DNA from: an uncultured Clostridia bacterium
Lineage (GTDB): Bacteria > Bacillota > Clostridia > Oscillospirales > Acutalibacteraceae
Direction: 5' to 3'
Length of the DNA stretch: 64,000 nucleotides
Assembly: GCA_947632385.1 (NCBI GenBank)
Contig: CANRPD010000004.1
Location: 190-64,189 of the forward strand
Part shown: piece by piece, positions 26,072 to 39,375 of the stretch
Layout: each line of letters opens with the position of its first letter
Numbering within the stretch: the first letter of the stretch is position 1
Made by a program: the position numbers and the translations under genes
Notes under the pieces: generated by a model
The model's input: only the letters and a program-made list of their open reading frames with translations
What the model was told of the DNA's origin: nothing
The model's database searches: none

Positions 26072-26227
26072 CTACCTTTCCGGAAACTTTTTGGTTGGTG
26101 CGCACCGGCTGCATCCCGGGCAGTCCCCGCCGCAGCAGGTCTTTCCGGCTTTCCGGTCATGGTACAGCTTCCGTACCGCGAAAAACACGGCCACCAGAAG
26201 CAGCGCGCAGATCACAACAGTTGACAT
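26072..26227 (-). CDS. FeoB-associated Cys-rich membrane protein (51 aa, absent from the ORF track)
   Basis: Translated by hand: MSTVVICALLLVAVFFAVRKLYHDRKAGKTCCGGDCPGCSRCAPTKKFPER. GGAGG RBS, directly after feoB. Confidence 0.85.
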   Translation of the reverse strand: MSTVVICALLLVAVFFAVRKLYHDRKAGKTCCGGDCPGCSRCAPTKKFPER

Positions 26228-26237
26228 ACCATCCCTC

Positions 26238-28289
26238 CTACACCAACAGCAGTCCGATGTGGTACACCGCGAAGGTCACCACCCAGGCCACCCCGATCTG
26301 AAATACCGCGGTCAGCAGGGTCCTGCGCCAGCTCTCGGTCTCCCGGTGGATCACCGCCAGGGTGGCGGCGCAGGGCACGTACAGCAGGGAGAAGGTCATC
26401 AGGGCGTAGGCGTTCAGCGCGCCGAACCCCAGAGCGGACAACGAGCCCTGCAGGGCGGTCATGCCCGCCGCGGAGTTGATGTTCCCGATCCCGAACAGGA
26501 CCGCGCAGCTGGATACCACCACTTCCTTGGCCGACACCCCGGCGATGAGCGCTACCACCACCTGCCAGAAGCCCAGTCCGATGGGCTGGAAGAAGGGGAC
26601 CACGAACCGCCCCAGCATGGATCCGAAGGTGACGCTCATTTCTTCCGAGTATCCCCCGGGACCGAAGTGCAGCAGGAACCACATGATGATGGACGCGATG
26701 AAGATGGTGGTGCCCGCTTTGGTCAGATAGTCCTTCACCTTTTCCCACACGTAGATCGCGATGGTCCGGGCGCTGGGGGATTTGTACTCCGGCAGCTCGA
26801 TGAGCAGGGAAGAGGGATCTTCCTGTTTCCGGTCCCCCAAACGGATGAGGAACGCACAGAGCACCGCCACCGCCAAACCCAGCAGGTACATGGAGAAAGC
26901 GGCCAGCATGGCGTGCTCCGCAAAGAAGATGGACGAAAACAGCACATAGATGGGCAGCCGGGCGCTGCAGGACATAAACGGGGTGATGAGCATGGTCCGG
27001 TACCGGTCGTGCTTGTTTTCCAGCGTCCGGGTGGCCATGATGGCCGGCACCGTGCAGCCGAACCCCAGCACCATAGGGATGAACGCCCGGCCGGAGAGGC
27101 CCAGCCGCCCCATGATCCCGTCCATCACATAGGCGACCCGGGACATGTACCCGCTGTCCTCCAGAAAGGCCAGCGCAAGGAACAGGATGAAGATATTGGG
27201 CAAGAAGGTGAGGATCCCGCCCACCCCGGCGATGATGCCGTCCACCAGCAGGGAAATGGCCACCGGGGAGACGTGCAGGGCCGCCAGCCCCGCCCGGGCG
27301 CCGCCGGAAAGGAGCTCCAGGCCGGTCTCGAAGTACCCCTTGAGCCAGTCGCCCACCGAGAACGTCAGGAAGAACACCAGTGCCATGACCAGCAGGAAGA
27401 TGGGCAGGCCCAGCACCGGGTGGGTCAGCAGCGTGTCGGCCCGGTCGGTGACGGCAGCTTTCCGGTCCCGGTTCACCAGCACCTCGCTGACGATCTCCTC
27501 GATGAAGTCGTATTTCTGGTTGATGATCTCCTTCTCATAGCTGCGGTCCAGAATGTCCGGGCAGTCCAGCGGGTACCGCTCCCGGATCTCCCGGTCGCCC
27601 TCCAGCAGCTTCACCGCATGCCACCGCAGGTTGACGATCTCCGGGTAGCTTTCCCGCAGCAGGGCGCTGAGCTGGTCGATCTTCTCCTCGATGTCCGGGC
27701 TGTACACCATGGCCAGCTTTTCATGCCGGGTCTGCTGGGTCACCGTCTCACCGGATTCGTCGTGGTGGTGGATCAGCGGCAGATCGCTGCCGCCGTCGGC
27801 ATGGTGGGCCGCCGCGTGCATGAGGATGTCCAGCCCGGTCTTGCGCCGGGCCGACACCGGGATCACCGGGATCCCCAGCATTTCGGGCAGCCGGTGCAGG
27901 TCGATCTCCATGCCCCGCTTTTCCACGATGTCCATCATGTTCAGGGCCAGGATCACCGGCTTGCCCAGCTCGATGAGCTGGAGCGTCAGGTAGAGGTTCC
28001 GCTCCAGGGCCGAGGCGTCCGCCACGTCGATGATCACGTCCACCTCCGGGCCCAGGATGTACTGTCTGGTCACCTGCTCCTCCAGGGTATAGGAGGTCAG
28101 GCTGTAGGCGCCGGGCAGGTCCACCAGCTTGTACAGGTGATCGTGGAACTTAAAGCTGCCCTCTTTTTTCTCCACCGTGACGCCCGGCCAGTTGGCCACC
28201 TTCAGGTTGGCGCCGGTATAAGCGTTGAACAGCGTGGTCTTGCCGCAGTTGGGGTTGCCGGCGAACCCGATGGACAGGCTGTGCTCCAT
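26238..28289 (-). CDS. feoB: Ferrous iron transporter B
   Basis: GNPNCGKTTLFNA, NWPGVTVEKKEG, DLPGAYSL, FMSCSARLP. Confidence 0.97.
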   Translation of the reverse strand: MEHSLSIGFAGNPNCGKTTLFNAYTGANLKVANWPGVTVEKKEGSFKFHDHLYKLVDLPGAYSLTSYTLEEQVTRQYILGPEVDVIIDVADASALERNLYLTLQLIELGKPVILALNMMDIVEKRGMEIDLHRLPEMLGIPVIPVSARRKTGLDILMHAAAHHADGGSDLPLIHHHDESGETVTQQTRHEKLAMVYSPDIEEKIDQLSALLRESYPEIVNLRWHAVKLLEGDREIRERYPLDCPDILDRSYEKEIINQKYDFIEEIVSEVLVNRDRKAAVTDRADTLLTHPVLGLPIFLLVMALVFFLTFSVGDWLKGYFETGLELLSGGARAGLAALHVSPVAISLLVDGIIAGVGGILTFLPNIFILFLALAFLEDSGYMSRVAYVMDGIMGRLGLSGRAFIPMVLGFGCTVPAIMATRTLENKHDRYRTMLITPFMSCSARLPIYVLFSSIFFAEHAMLAAFSMYLLGLAVAVLCAFLIRLGDRKQEDPSSLLIELPEYKSPSARTIAIYVWEKVKDYLTKAGTTIFIASIIMWFLLHFGPGGYSEEMSVTFGSMLGRFVVPFFQPIGLGFWQVVVALIAGVSAKEVVVSSCAVLFGIGNINSAAGMTALQGSLSALGFGALNAYALMTFSLLYVPCAATLAVIHRETESWRRTLLTAVFQIGVAWVVTFAVYHIGLLLV

Positions 28290-28290
28290 G

Positions 28291-28521
28291 TCAGTGGACC
28301 TCCTTTCCGCTCACGGTGATGTTCTCCGCGATCCGCCGCCCAATGGCGAACCGCGCCCCCCGCACATAGATGACCATGGCGCCGTGGGGCTTTTTCCGCA
28401 GCACCGTGACCGCGGTCCCTTCCAGAATGCCCAGCGCCTCCAGCCGGCGCTCCAGCGCCGTGGGCAGCTCCAGCCCGGAGACCCGATAGCTCTGTCCGGC
28501 CTCTCCTTCATGCAAAGTCAT
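28291..28521 (-). CDS. feoA: Ferrous iron transport protein A
   Basis: RRLEALGILEGT.V, RGARFAIG; ATG at 28521 with GGAG RBS. Confidence 0.9.
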   Translation of the reverse strand: MTLHEGEAGQSYRVSGLELPTALERRLEALGILEGTAVTVLRKKPHGAMVIYVRGARFAIGRRIAENITVSGKEVH

Positions 28522-28567
28522 GTTGATCGCTCCCAATTCCCGCTTGTTCATGCCCCGATGGGGCGTT

Positions 28568-29623
28568 TCAGCCCTTGGCGTGCTCCTTTTCCGCCGCCTC
28601 GAACAGCCCGTTGATGTACGCCGCTCCCAGCGCCCGGTCGTAGAGGCCGTATCCCGGCCGGCCGGTCTCGCCCCAGATCATCCGCCCGTGGTCCGGCCGC
28701 ACATATCCGTCAAAGCCGTTCTCCACCAGCGCCTTCACGATCCCGTACATGTCCAGGGAGCCGCACCGGCTCAGGTGGGCCCGCTCTTCAAAGCCGTCGG
28801 GCAGCAGCTGCACGTTGCGCAGGTGCACAAAGTGGATCCGGCCCATCTTTGCGTATTTGGCGGCCAATTTCACCACATCGTTCTTGGGGGAGCACCCCAG
28901 AGAGCCGCAGCACAGGGTCAGCCCGTTGTGGGGGTCATCCACCAGAGAGAGGAACCGGTCCAGATTGGCCTCGTCGGTGATGATCCGGGGCAGCCCGAAA
29001 ATGCTCCAGCACGGGTCGTCCTCATGGATCGCCATGTGGATCCCCGCTTCGGCGGCCGCCGGGATCACCCGCTCCAAAAAGTACCGCAGGTTTTCCCACA
29101 GGTCCTCCTCGGTCCTCTCCCGGTACTGGGCCACCACGTCCCGGAGCTGCTCTCGTGTGTAGCTGGCGTCCCAGCCCGGCAGCGTCAGGTCGCTGTCCGA
29201 AGCCACCGGGTCCACGGCCTCGGCCTGCTGGGCGTAGTACACCAGGGAGGTGGACCCGTCCGGCAGGGGGTGGGCCAGGTCCGTCCGGGTCCAGTCGAAC
29301 ACCGGCATGAAGTTGTAGCAGACGCACCGCACCCCGGCCTCGCCCAGCCGCCGGAGGTTCTCGCAGTAGTTGGCGATGTAGGCGTCCCGGCTGGGCAGCC
29401 CCAGCTTGATGTCCTCGTGGACCGGCACGCTCTCGATGACTTCAAATTTCAGCCCGGCGGCCTCGGTCAGGGCCTTCAGCCGCGCGATGCTCTCCCGGCT
29501 CCACACCTGCCCCACGGGCACGTCGTACACCGCAGTGACGATGCTCTCCATCCCCGGGATCTGCCGGATCTGCTCCAGCGTCACCGGGTCGTCTTCTCCG
29601 TACCAGCGAAATGACAGCTTCAT
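28568..29623 (-). CDS. uxuA: Mannonate dehydratase
   Basis: [38 protein letters not shown]. Confidence 0.95.
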   Translation of the reverse strand: MKLSFRWYGEDDPVTLEQIRQIPGMESIVTAVYDVPVGQVWSRESIARLKALTEAAGLKFEVIESVPVHEDIKLGLPSRDAYIANYCENLRRLGEAGVRCVCYNFMPVFDWTRTDLAHPLPDGSTSLVYYAQQAEAVDPVASDSDLTLPGWDASYTREQLRDVVAQYRERTEEDLWENLRYFLERVIPAAAEAGIHMAIHEDDPCWSIFGLPRIITDEANLDRFLSLVDDPHNGLTLCCGSLGCSPKNDVVKLAAKYAKMGRIHFVHLRNVQLLPDGFEERAHLSRCGSLDMYGIVKALVENGFDGYVRPDHGRMIWGETGRPGYGLYDRALGAAYINGLFEAAEKEHAKG

Positions 29624-29769
29624 CCTCGTCCATCCTTTCGGCGCTTTGGTTTCCAGAAGATCATACCATACAACGGCCCGTCCCGCAAGGCTTTCCCGGG
29701 AAAAAACCCGCACCGGGCCGGAGATTCCCCGCAAAAGAAGCCCCGCCTCACCGGCGGGGCCGTTTCGGA

Positions 29770-30426
29770 TCAGATCGTCTCGTACCCATGGGCTTCCTGC
29801 AGCATCATATCCTTGACCTTCATCAGCCGGATCTGGGTGGAGCGTTCGTTCTCGTCCAGCTTCATGGTGATATAGCGGATGTTCTCCTGCAATTCCGGGA
29901 TCACTACGTGCTCCAGGGCGTTGACCCGCCGCCGGGTCTTTTCGATCTCCGCCGCCATGAGCTGGCACCCCTTTTCACATTCCGCCAGCCGCAGCATCTG
30001 GGGAAAGATATCCTGCAGCGACTGCACTGCCCCGTCCAGGTCTCCGCCGGTAAAGGCAAAGCCGTAGGAGAAGATGTCGTTCTGGTCCGGCGTCCGGGTC
30101 TTGAAGGTGAACTGAGGGATCTCCACGCTCATGACGTTCTCCACGCCGCATTCCAGGGAGACCCGCTGCTTGGGAGCCAGCAGCGCCGTGTTCATCACCG
30201 CGTCCTGGGAGCCCGCCCGGGCCAGCAGGAAATTCATGTTGGCGGCGCAGATGCCCGCCTCCACCTCTTCCCGCAGGCGGCGGTTCTCCCGCACCCGGTC
30301 CAAAAACTGCCGCATCAGCTCGTCCCGTTTGTCCTTGAGCAGCTTGTGCCCCCGGGTGGCGGTGGTCAGCTTCTTCTTGAGCCGGGTCAGCTCCATGCGG
30401 GTGGGATTGACTTGTGTACTGGCCAT
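29770..30426 (-). CDS. ntpD: V/A-type ATP synthase subunit D
   Basis: [30 protein letters not shown]. Confidence 0.95.
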   Translation of the reverse strand: MASTQVNPTRMELTRLKKKLTTATRGHKLLKDKRDELMRQFLDRVRENRRLREEVEAGICAANMNFLLARAGSQDAVMNTALLAPKQRVSLECGVENVMSVEIPQFTFKTRTPDQNDIFSYGFAFTGGDLDGAVQSLQDIFPQMLRLAECEKGCQLMAAEIEKTRRRVNALEHVVIPELQENIRYITMKLDENERSTQIRLMKVKDMMLQEAHGYETI

Positions 30427-30433
30427 GCCGCCG

Positions 30434-31807
30434 TCACACCTTTCCGTAGTACTGGTCCAGCATCCGGTCGCTCACGCGCTTGAGCTCGCTCCTGGGCAGG
30501 ATGGACAGCAGCTTCCATCCCAGGTCCAGCGTCTCCTCGATGTCCCGGTTGGCGGTGTACCCCTGGGAAACGTACTCCTCCTCAAAGGCGTCTGCAAACT
30601 GCGCGTACAGCTTGTCGATGTCCGTCAGCGCCGCTTCTCCCAGGACCACCATCAGCTCCTTGGCCTCCTTGCCCCGGGCATAGGCGGCGAACAGCTGGTT
30701 CATGGTGCTGGCGTGGTCCTCCCGGGTCTTGCCCTCGCCGATGCCCTTGTCCTTCAATCGGGACAGGGAGGGCAGCACGTCGATGGGCGGGGCGATGTTT
30801 TTCCGGTACAGCTCCCGGCTCAGGATGATCTGTCCCTCGGTGATATACCCCGTCAGGTCGGGGATGGGGTGGGTCTTGTCGTCCTCCGGCATGGACAGGA
30901 TGGGGATCAGCGTGATGGACCCGTTCTTGCCCTTCTGCCGGCCCGCCCGCTCGTACAGTGAGGCCAGGTCGGTGTACATATAGCCGGGATACCCCCGGCG
31001 GCCGGGCACTTCCTTCCGGGCGGCGGAGACCTCCCGCAGGGCGTCGGCGTAGTTGGTGATGTCGGTGAGGATCACCAGCACGTGCATGTTCTTCTCAAAA
31101 GCCAGATACTCCGCGGCAGTCAGGGCCATGCGGGGCGTGGCGATGCGTTCCACGGCGGGGTCGTTGGCCAGGTTCACGAACATCACCGTGCGGTCGATGG
31201 CTCCCGTCTCCCGGAAGCTCTGGATGAAGTAGTCCGACTCCTCAAAGGTGATGCCCATGGCCGCGAACACCACCACAAAGGGCTCCGTGGTGCCCCGCAC
31301 CTTGGCCTGCCGGGCGATCTGCGCCGCCAGCTGGGCGTGGGGCAGGCCGCTGGCGGAGAAGATGGGCAGCTTCTGCCCGCGCACCAGGGTGTTCAGCCCG
31401 TCGATGGCGGACACCCCCGTCTGGATGAACTCCTGGGGATAGTTCCGGGCGGCGGGGTTCATGGGCAGCCCGTTGATGTCCGCCCGCCGGTCGGGCAGGA
31501 TCTCCGGCCCCCCGTCGATGGGCCGGCCCAGTCCGTCAAAGACCCGGCCCAGCATGTCTTCCGACACCCCCAGCTCCATGCTCCGTCCCAGAAAGCGCAC
31601 CTTGGCGCTCTCCAGGTTGATGCCCGTGGAGCTCTCGAACAGCTGGACCAGGGCGTTGCCCTCGTTGATCTCCAGCACCTTGCACCGGCGCTTTTCGCCG
31701 TTGGTCAGTTCGATCTCCGCCAACTCGTCATAGGCCACGTTCTCCACGTTCCGCACCAGCATCAAGGGGCCGGCCACTTCCTGGATCGTGCGATATTCCT
31801 TGGGCAT
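30434..31807 (-). CDS. ntpB: V/A-type ATP synthase subunit B
   Basis: [29 protein letters not shown]. Confidence 0.97.
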   Translation of the reverse strand: MPKEYRTIQEVAGPLMLVRNVENVAYDELAEIELTNGEKRRCKVLEINEGNALVQLFESSTGINLESAKVRFLGRSMELGVSEDMLGRVFDGLGRPIDGGPEILPDRRADINGLPMNPAARNYPQEFIQTGVSAIDGLNTLVRGQKLPIFSASGLPHAQLAAQIARQAKVRGTTEPFVVVFAAMGITFEESDYFIQSFRETGAIDRTVMFVNLANDPAVERIATPRMALTAAEYLAFEKNMHVLVILTDITNYADALREVSAARKEVPGRRGYPGYMYTDLASLYERAGRQKGKNGSITLIPILSMPEDDKTHPIPDLTGYITEGQIILSRELYRKNIAPPIDVLPSLSRLKDKGIGEGKTREDHASTMNQLFAAYARGKEAKELMVVLGEAALTDIDKLYAQFADAFEEEYVSQGYTANRDIEETLDLGWKLLSILPRSELKRVSDRMLDQYYGKV

Positions 31808-33579
31808 CAGAAGTCCTCCTTTTGTGCTTTGGCCTCGTCCAGCTCCCGGTCCAGCTGGGCGTTGATCTCGTCATACACCCGCTTCACGTCCTCGGGCAGC
31901 GTGTACTTGAACCGGCCGATCTGTTCCCGCACCGGCAGCGCGATGAGCTTTTCCACGCTCACGCCCTCGTTCAGGGCGGCCAGGGCCTTGTCGTAATAGC
32001 CGGTGATCAGCAGCAGCATGTCCCGCTGCTTCTCCAGGGGGGTGTACGTGTCCACCTCGTCAAAGGCGTTCTGGTGCAGGAAATCCTCGCGGATGGACCG
32101 GGACGCCTCCAGCTTCAGCCGGTCCGGGGCGCTCAGCGCGTCCATGCCCACCAGCTGGACGATCTCATCCAGCTCCGCCTCGTCCTGCAGCAGCCGCATG
32201 ATCTTGGTCCGCAGCGCCGACCAGTCCGCCGCCACGTTCTTGTTGAACCACGGCCCGATGGTGTCCAGATACAGCGAGTAGCTGGTCAGCCAGTTGATGG
32301 CCGGGAAATGCCGTTTGTAGGCCAGGGAGGAATCCAGGCTCCAGAACACCTTCACGATGCGCAGCGTGGCCTGGCTCACCGGCTCGGAGATATCGCCGCC
32401 CTGGGGCGACACCGCCCCGATGACCGACAGCGCGCCTTCCCGGTCCTCCTGTCCCAGGGCTACCACCCGGCCCGCCCGTTCATAGAACTGCGCCAGCCGG
32501 CTGCTCAGATATGCGGGATAGCCTTCCTCGCCGGGCATCTCCTCCAGCCGGCCGGACATCTCCCGCAGGGCCTCGGCCCACCGGGAGGTGGAGTCCGCCA
32601 TCAGCGCCACAGAGTACCCCATGTCCCGGAAATATTCCGCGATGGTGATCCCCGTGTAGATGCTGGCCTCCCGGGCCGCCACCGGCATGTCGGAGGTGTT
32701 GGCGATGAGCACCGTCCGCTTCATCAGGGAGTACCCGGTCTTGGGGTCGGTGAGCTCGGGGAACTCGTTGAGCACGTCGGTCATCTCGTTGCCCCGTTCG
32801 CCGCAGCCGATATACACCACGATGTCCGCATCCGCCCACTTGGCCAGCTGGTGCTGCACCACGGTCTTGCCGCTGCCAAAGGGCCCGGGCACCGCCGCCA
32901 CGCCGCCCTTGGCGATGGGGAACAGGGTGTCGATGACCCGCTGTCCCGTGATCAGCGGCATCTCCGGCGACAGCTTCCGCTGATAGGGCCGGCCCCTCCG
33001 CACGGGCCACTTCTGCATCAGCCCCACGGGGATCTCCTTCCCGTCCGGGCCGGTGAGCACCGCCACCGTGTCCGTGATCTTCTTTTCCCCGGCGTCGATG
33101 GACTTCACCGTGCCCTGCACCCCGGGGGGCGCCATGATCTTGTGGGACACGATCTCCGTCTCCTGCACGGTGCCCAGCACGTCGCCGCCGGTCACCGCAT
33201 CCCCGGGCCGCACGCAGGGCACGAAGTCCCACACCCGGTCCCGGCTCAGAGAGGCCACCTCCACGCCGCGCTGCAGGTTGTTGCCGGAAATGGCCATGAT
33301 GTCCGCCAGAGGCCGCTGGATGCCGTCGTAAATGTTCCCGATGAGCCCGGGCCCCAGCTCCACGCTCATGGGCTCGCCGGTGGATTCCACCGGGGCGCCG
33401 GGCGCCAGGCCGGAGGTCTCCTCATAGACCTGGATGGAAGCCTCGTCCCCGTGCATCTCGATGATCTCACCGATGAGCCGGCTGGAGCTGACCCGCACCA
33501 CGTCGAACATGTTGGCGTCCCGCATCCCTCTGGCGATGACCAGGGGCCCGGCCACCTTCTTGATGGTACCACTACTCAT
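31807..33579 (-). CDS. ntpA: V/A-type ATP synthase subunit A
   Basis: P-loop [25 protein letters not shown]. Confidence 0.97.
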   Translation of the reverse strand: MSSGTIKKVAGPLVIARGMRDANMFDVVRVSSSRLIGEIIEMHGDEASIQVYEETSGLAPGAPVESTGEPMSVELGPGLIGNIYDGIQRPLADIMAISGNNLQRGVEVASLSRDRVWDFVPCVRPGDAVTGGDVLGTVQETEIVSHKIMAPPGVQGTVKSIDAGEKKITDTVAVLTGPDGKEIPVGLMQKWPVRRGRPYQRKLSPEMPLITGQRVIDTLFPIAKGGVAAVPGPFGSGKTVVQHQLAKWADADIVVYIGCGERGNEMTDVLNEFPELTDPKTGYSLMKRTVLIANTSDMPVAAREASIYTGITIAEYFRDMGYSVALMADSTSRWAEALREMSGRLEEMPGEEGYPAYLSSRLAQFYERAGRVVALGQEDREGALSVIGAVSPQGGDISEPVSQATLRIVKVFWSLDSSLAYKRHFPAINWLTSYSLYLDTIGPWFNKNVAADWSALRTKIMRLLQDEAELDEIVQLVGMDALSAPDRLKLEASRSIREDFLHQNAFDEVDTYTPLEKQRDMLLLITGYYDKALAALNEGVSVEKLIALPVREQIGRFKYTLPEDVKRVYDEINAQLDRELDEAKAQKEDF

Positions 33580-33640
33580 GATCCGTCACCTGTCTTCTCC
33601 AAAAAAGTAAGTTGTCCGTTTTCCCGTGTCAATTTGGGGG

Positions 33641-33967
33641 TCAAGCGTCCCCGTCGGTAAAGATGATATCCGAGCCCACGGCCTGCTCCACCGAGCGCTT
33701 CACCCGGGCGATGCCCAGGCCGGTGTTGCCCACCACCCCGGGGATGGGGATGATGGCCGGGAGCCGCTGCTCCTCATACCGGCTCAGCTCCTCGGGCAGC
33801 TGGGCCGCCAGCGCCTCGGTGATGTAGATCACCGCGAATTCCTGCTCGCACAGGTTCCGCAGGGTCCGGCGTCCCGCCTCCGCGTCCTCCACGGGGAAGA
33901 CCTCCAGCCCCAGGGCCGCAAAGCCGTAGATGCTGTCCCGGTCCCCCAGTACCGCAATCCTATACAT
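33641..33967 (-). CDS. V/A-type ATP synthase subunit F
   Basis: IAVLGDRDSIYGF..LG, PAIIPIPG, VEQAVGSDI. Confidence 0.92.
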   Translation of the reverse strand: MYRIAVLGDRDSIYGFAALGLEVFPVEDAEAGRRTLRNLCEQEFAVIYITEALAAQLPEELSRYEEQRLPAIIPIPGVVGNTGLGIARVKRSVEQAVGSDIIFTDGDA

Positions 33968-34925
33968 ACGTGTCCCTCAGCCTTTCCCGGACCGTCTCAT
34001 CGGGCAGGCGGTTGAGCTTGCCCGACAAAAGGATCCGCACCGTGCCGATCTCGCTGCGTCGCGCCAGCACATAGGCCAGCAGCGGCCCCAGGGTGAAGGG
34101 GTTGGATTTCTGCTCCTTCATCCGGTCGAGGATCCGGTCGTCGCACCACTTTTCAAACGCGGAATAAGAGCCCTTCAGCGCCTCGGCAGCCGGGGCGTAG
34201 GGGGTCGTTTCCAGCTCGTCGAAAAATTCTGCCTGTCCCCGGGCGGCGGCTTGCGCCAGCCGCTGGGTGTCCAGCCCCGGGCAGGGGGCCAGGGCCTCGG
34301 CGAAAAACGCCGGGGATTTCCCCGTCCGGCAGCCCCGGGCCGCGATCTTGATGTCCGTGGTGGCGATGAGCTCCCGGGCGTAGTCCTCCAGCGCGGGGAC
34401 CCCGCTTGCCCGGGCCGCCGCCAGCACGTCCTCCAGGCACGCCCGGTCCAGGATCACATCGCACCGCTGGCCGTCCTGTTCCTGCAAAAGCGCCTTATAC
34501 GCCCGTTCGCCGGGGATCCCCAGTTCCGTGGGCAGCGCCGCGAAATCGTTTTCCCGCACGCAGCGCAGCAGCTCCTGGGGCTCCGCCCGGAACCCCGGCA
34601 AGAACACGTCCTTGGGCTCTGCGCCCGTCACCACGCATTTGATGGCCGCCTTCAGGTTGTTGAAGTCCCCGGGCCCCTTCAGCACCCGGAGGAACGCTTC
34701 ATCCTGGGTCAGCTCGCCGATGAACGCCCAGGTCTTTTCCTCCTCCGCGGCCAGGATCGCCTCCGGGCCGGCGGCCTCCGGGCTGCCCCAGCCCCGGTCC
34801 CGCAGCTGCCGAAGGACCTCCTCCGGGCTGCGGCAGGCCATCAGCTGGTCGACGTCCTGTTTCGAGAGCAGGGACAGCTCTCGCGCGCGCACCCGCGCCA
34901 CGGCGTAGATATAGTCTTCGCTCAT
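33960..34925 (-). CDS. ntpC: V/A-type ATP synthase subunit C (c/d family)
   Basis: YIYAVARVRARE, NPFTLGPLLAY..AR..EI; operon position. Confidence 0.9.
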   Translation of the reverse strand: MSEDYIYAVARVRARELSLLSKQDVDQLMACRSPEEVLRQLRDRGWGSPEAAGPEAILAAEEEKTWAFIGELTQDEAFLRVLKGPGDFNNLKAAIKCVVTGAEPKDVFLPGFRAEPQELLRCVRENDFAALPTELGIPGERAYKALLQEQDGQRCDVILDRACLEDVLAAARASGVPALEDYARELIATTDIKIAARGCRTGKSPAFFAEALAPCPGLDTQRLAQAAARGQAEFFDELETTPYAPAAEALKGSYSAFEKWCDDRILDRMKEQKSNPFTLGPLLAYVLARRSEIGTVRILLSGKLNRLPDETVRERLRDTYV

Positions 34926-34953
34926 GGATGCCCTGCCTTCCTTTCCGAAAAAC

Positions 34954-35541
34954 TCATGCCTCCGGCGGGAACAGGATCCCGCCGCACAGGTCCCGCAGCC
35001 GGCTCTCCTCGGCCTCGAACACCGCCGCAAAGGAGCCGTTCACGTCCACGCCCCCGTGGCTGAGCAGGAACCCGCTCTCCAGGTCGCAGGGCTCGGGGGA
35101 CAGGGTCACGTTCCCCTGGGGGTCCGCAGCCTGCAGCCACCCCTTGGGCAGCCGCCCCAGGTCCCGTTCATTGAACCGGATCACCGCGCCCTGGGGGGCC
35201 TCCGCCTTGAGGAACAGGGCGGTCAGCGCCGCGAAGTACACCTCGTCCGGCGCCTCCTCCAGCTCCCGGCGGGTGCGCTCCAGCGTCTGGGCGATGAGCG
35301 CCTGCTTGGCCGCCAGCAGCTCGTTGCGCTTTTTCAGCTGCGCCGCAGAGACGGCCCGGGCGGTCACGTCCGCGGCCTCTCTCCGGGCCTCCTCCCGGGC
35401 GGCCTGGGTGTCGGCCTCGGCCTGGGCCTGGGTCTGGGCCAGCAGGGCGTCCGCCTGGCGTCTTGCGTCCGCCAGCAGGCTCTCTGCTTCCTGCCGGGCC
35501 TCCTCGCCGATCTGCCCCAGGATCTTTTCCAAAGCCGTCAT
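34954..35541 (-). CDS. ntpE: V/A-type ATP synthase subunit E
   Basis: Coiled-coil N-terminus, GF.L..GGV..N.SF; operon position. Confidence 0.85.
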   Translation of the reverse strand: MTALEKILGQIGEEARQEAESLLADARRQADALLAQTQAQAEADTQAAREEARREAADVTARAVSAAQLKKRNELLAAKQALIAQTLERTRRELEEAPDEVYFAALTALFLKAEAPQGAVIRFNERDLGRLPKGWLQAADPQGNVTLSPEPCDLESGFLLSHGGVDVNGSFAAVFEAEESRLRDLCGGILFPPEA

Positions 35542-35564
35542 GGTTCACAAACTCCTTCCGAAGC

Positions 35565-38115
<2,551 letters not shown>

Positions 38116-38121
38116 GAGCCT

Positions 38122-38466
38122 CTACGCCTCCTTTTCCCCGTCTGTGGGGAGTTGTTCTCCCAAGATCTGCAGCCTGATCTGCCGGGCGGCCTGCCGGGCG
38201 CCGGCCTGCGCTTGGGCGGCCAGCTGCTCCCGCTGGGCCCGAGTTTCGGCCTGGGTGGCCGCGGCCAGGGCTTCTCCCTGCCGGCGGGCCTCCTCCAGCA
38301 GCTGCTCTCGCTCCCGGGCCGCCTGCTGGGCGGCCTCCTCCCGGAGCCGGCGGGCCTGCTCCCGGGCCGCGGAGAGGATGCGCTCGCTCTCGTCCCGGGC
38401 GGCCTGGACGGTCTGCTTGGCCTGGGCCTCCGCCTCGCTGATGGCCTGCATGGTTTCCTTTGCCAA
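38122..38466 (-). CDS. V/A-type ATP synthase subunit G/H (peripheral stalk)
   Basis: Ala/Glu/Arg-rich coiled coil, first gene of the operon, TTG start after GAGGTG. Confidence 0.75.
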   Translation of the reverse strand: MAKETMQAISEAEAQAKQTVQAARDESERILSAAREQARRLREEAAQQAAREREQLLEEARRQGEALAAATQAETRAQREQLAAQAQAGARQAARQIRLQILGEQLPTDGEKEA

Positions 38467-38555
38467 TCCTGCCTTCACCTCCTGCGATGGGTGCACAAGA
38501 CGTCGTTGTTTCGGGCGGTCATCCGCCCGCCGGTCCGAAGACCGTTCAAACACCA

Positions 38556-38584
38556 AGTATACACTTTTTCGGCGGAAAAGTCAA
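38556..38584 (-). promoter_or_regulatory. SigmaA promoter of the ATPase operon
   Basis: Minus strand TTGACT-17 bp-TATACT. Confidence 0.75.
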
Positions 38585-38739
38585 ATGTATAAAACGTGTA
38601 TAAATGCCGTATAGCGGTGAATAAACCGGGGGTTTGGGTGAATAGCGGAGGGGTTTTCCCGGCTTTTGGGCGCGCAGCGCACTTTTTTGAAGATTTTGTA
38701 AAATTTTTTTGCGCCCCGGGCGGGGCGGCCCGGGGGCGG

Positions 38740-39340
38740 GGACCGGGCCGGAAGGGGGCAAAAAGGGGGGTGGAACGTGCCGGAAGTCCTCAAAAAGGGG
38801 GGTGAAAGGTGAAGGAAGGGGGAAGGAAGGGGTGGGGGAAAGGGGTGCCGTCTCGCGGAGGGTTGGGCATGTCCTTGGCCCAACCCTCCCTTTTGCGGAG
38901 CAAAAGCGCCTGCGCCGAAGGCGCAGGCGGCGAGACGGGGGAGGCGGGTGGGGCGGGCGAGATGGAATTTTTGGTGGGGCTGGGTTGAGTTCCGGCGAGT
39001 TCAAAGGCGGAATTGAGCGGGCTGGAGCTGGGAAAAGTAGGGGTTTTGGTGGGGTTCGTGCAGGTTGGGAGTTTTTGGGGAAGGTTGCGGGAAACGGAAA
39101 CTGATGGGCGCGACTACTCGCTTTTTTCCCAGTAGGCGTCAGCGCGGAACGCGCGATGCGCGACTTGCCCTGCCCCGGCAGGGGCCGCGACTTGGCCAGT
39201 CCGGCCACGGACCGGCCACGGACCGGGCCACCGGCGGGCGAAAGGTGCAGGAAGTCCTCAAAAACGGGGGTGAAAGAGGCAGGAACGGGACAAAAAGGGG
39301 GGTTAAAACGGACAGGAAGGGAAAAATGGGCACGAAAAAA
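38740..39340. repeat. GC/purine-rich intergenic mosaic (copy B) with the four-way-junction motif (38848-38938) and REP-like units (39106-39235)
   Basis: Shares GGGCGCGAC..AGTAGGCGTCAGCGCGG, GCGACTTGGCCAGTCCGGCCACGGACC and the junction motif with 2851-3913. Confidence 0.8.
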
Positions 39341-39375
39341 GGGCGGCTGAGGAGCCGCCCTTTGGGGTCACGGGA

